64,000 nucleotides of DNA, from the NCBI RefSeq assembly GCF_018350175.1, contig NC_058369.1, forward strand, positions 27,530,001 to 27,594,000, given 5' to 3'. This DNA is from Felis catus. Taxonomy: Eukaryota. The notes beneath the pieces are model-generated. The model made no database searches. It was given only the letters and a program-made list of their open reading frames with translations, and had not been told where the DNA came from. Of this stretch, positions 62,663-64,000 are shown one piece after another. The position numbers and the translations under genes are program-made. Each line of letters opens with the position of its first letter. The stretch's first letter is position 1.

Positions 62663-63224
62663 CTGTTTCGAATGAATTTAGTAAGAAATGAAAGTCTGTA
62701 TCCTCTTTATTCATGCACTTTAATTCCAAAATTTGAAGGGTTTTCTCCAACCAACATGCTCAAATAGTTCAGCTCCTTCTACCACATGAGTCAAGAAGAA
62801 CAAGGAATATATAAGGGTCTCTCAAGTCACTCTTTCCTGTCTAAATTCCATAACTACAACCATAGCTGATAAAACTTAGATAACACATTAAGGGAAAAAA
62901 ACATTCATCAGGTTGTGCTCAATCCTGGATGCCTGCATTTTCACGTACAAGTCATTATTCCAAACTTTCTTAAAGTACATTCTTTTTCTTTTCTTTTTTT
63001 TTTTTTTGACCATTTCATCTAAAGTTATCAGATGAAATTTGCCTACTGTAATTTCAGGGAGTTTTTGTTGACTTTCTTCTTCCTATTCATCCTAATCTGG
63101 GTAGTTTGGAGTTTTCTTCTGGCATACAATTAATCCTAATGATAGGTGCCATTTATTAACTACTAGTTATTATTAAAGCCTGACTATATATCCCATCATC
63201 TACATTGTCATTATTCCTCATATT

Positions 63225-63372
63225 AGTAGTTATTATCTTCTTCATTATATAGATGGGGAAACTGAGCCTTAGAGAGCTCAAAGGTGTGCTCACAGTCATG
63301 CAGCTGAGCAACATGAAGCCAGACTCTTCTCTGTGCACTACCAAACCCTTGCTTCTAACTCTACACACTACT
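63225..63372 (-). mobile_element. MIR remnant (a second copy follows at about 63440-63600)
   Basis: cattatatagatggggaaactgagccttagagag...ctcacagtcatgcagct; next copy ccattttacaggtgagaaaggagaggcttaaagaaattaa. Confidence 0.75.
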
Positions 63373-64000
63373 CCTGCCTTCTGATCTATCAAGTACTTGA
63401 TCTCTTCCCATTACTGTGGAAAACACTATCCATGCATGACTTCATTTAACTCTAACTTTACACTTGAAAGAGATAGATTCACATTTCCATTTTACAGGTG
63501 AGAAAGGAGAGGCTTAAAGAAATTAATCAACAGACCTAAGTTATCTAACAATAACTTTAAAAGTCCAGATAGTTTTATATATGAATCTCTTGTTACCCTC
63601 ATTTTGTTTTGTTCTGCTCAACCCAGTCATAATAAGCACTTGGGCTACAAATCATCCTACAGTAAAAAAAAAAAAAAAAGTTTTTAAAAAATAGAGTCAT
63701 CTTGTAAGGACAAGGACTGTCTCCATTCTTCCTGGAGCTGGTTCCTTTTGGCAGTGGGTAATGCCAACTCAGTCATATTCAAGGAAGCTTGCCTTGACTT
63801 CTTAGGTGTTATAATGGTAGAGTGGATTTCTGAAAGTAGAGACCACCTTAACAATGAAGGAAGAAAATGCAAGATGCAAAGGACTAATCTCTTGTTACCT
63901 TCCTGTTAAAATTCCATGTATATCTGCCAAAGAATCAGAATCAGGGGAGCCTTCCCAGTTTGAGAAGATCTCATATTTCAAAAGTTCTGGGTACTATTTG

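Noticed and set aside
1..64000. CRISPR array, operon or other prokaryote/virus-type system
   Set aside because: There is no regularly spaced repeat-spacer array, no gene-dense region and no intact retroviral or transposase ORF. All recurrent sequences are known mammalian interspersed repeats or microsatellites.

Overview
This window is mammalian, specifically cat-family (Felidae/Feliformia) nuclear DNA, judged from about 16 tRNA-derived Can-SINEs of the feline SINEC_Fc type. It reads as a gene-poor interval: a large intron or the 5' region of a long gene, or intergenic DNA. It holds many old mammalian-wide repeats (MIR, L2, L1M, MaLR/ERVL LTRs, hAT MITEs) and several microsatellites. The only recognisable gene-derived sequence is a decayed RPL32 processed pseudogene (about 2968-3369, +) with an internal deletion of about 130 nt. 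I found no convincing intact CDS, tRNA/rRNA gene or CRISPR array; the supplied ORFs come from repeats, microsatellites or chance. The best unexplained signal is a repeat-poor block at about 23.3-26.3 kb. It has minus-strand splice signals and a 58-codon ORF with a perfect GCCACCATGG Kozak context, and may be a 5' exon/uORF of a gene I cannot name. Other leads are a perfect 22-bp TTAA-bounded palindrome, a head-to-head SINE pair 30 bp apart, young SINE insertions with perfect target-site duplications (TSDs), and repeat-free blocks rich in homeodomain sites. The sequence alone does not support a new biological system. Repeat boundaries and subfamily names were assigned by eye from remembered consensus sequences and are approximate.
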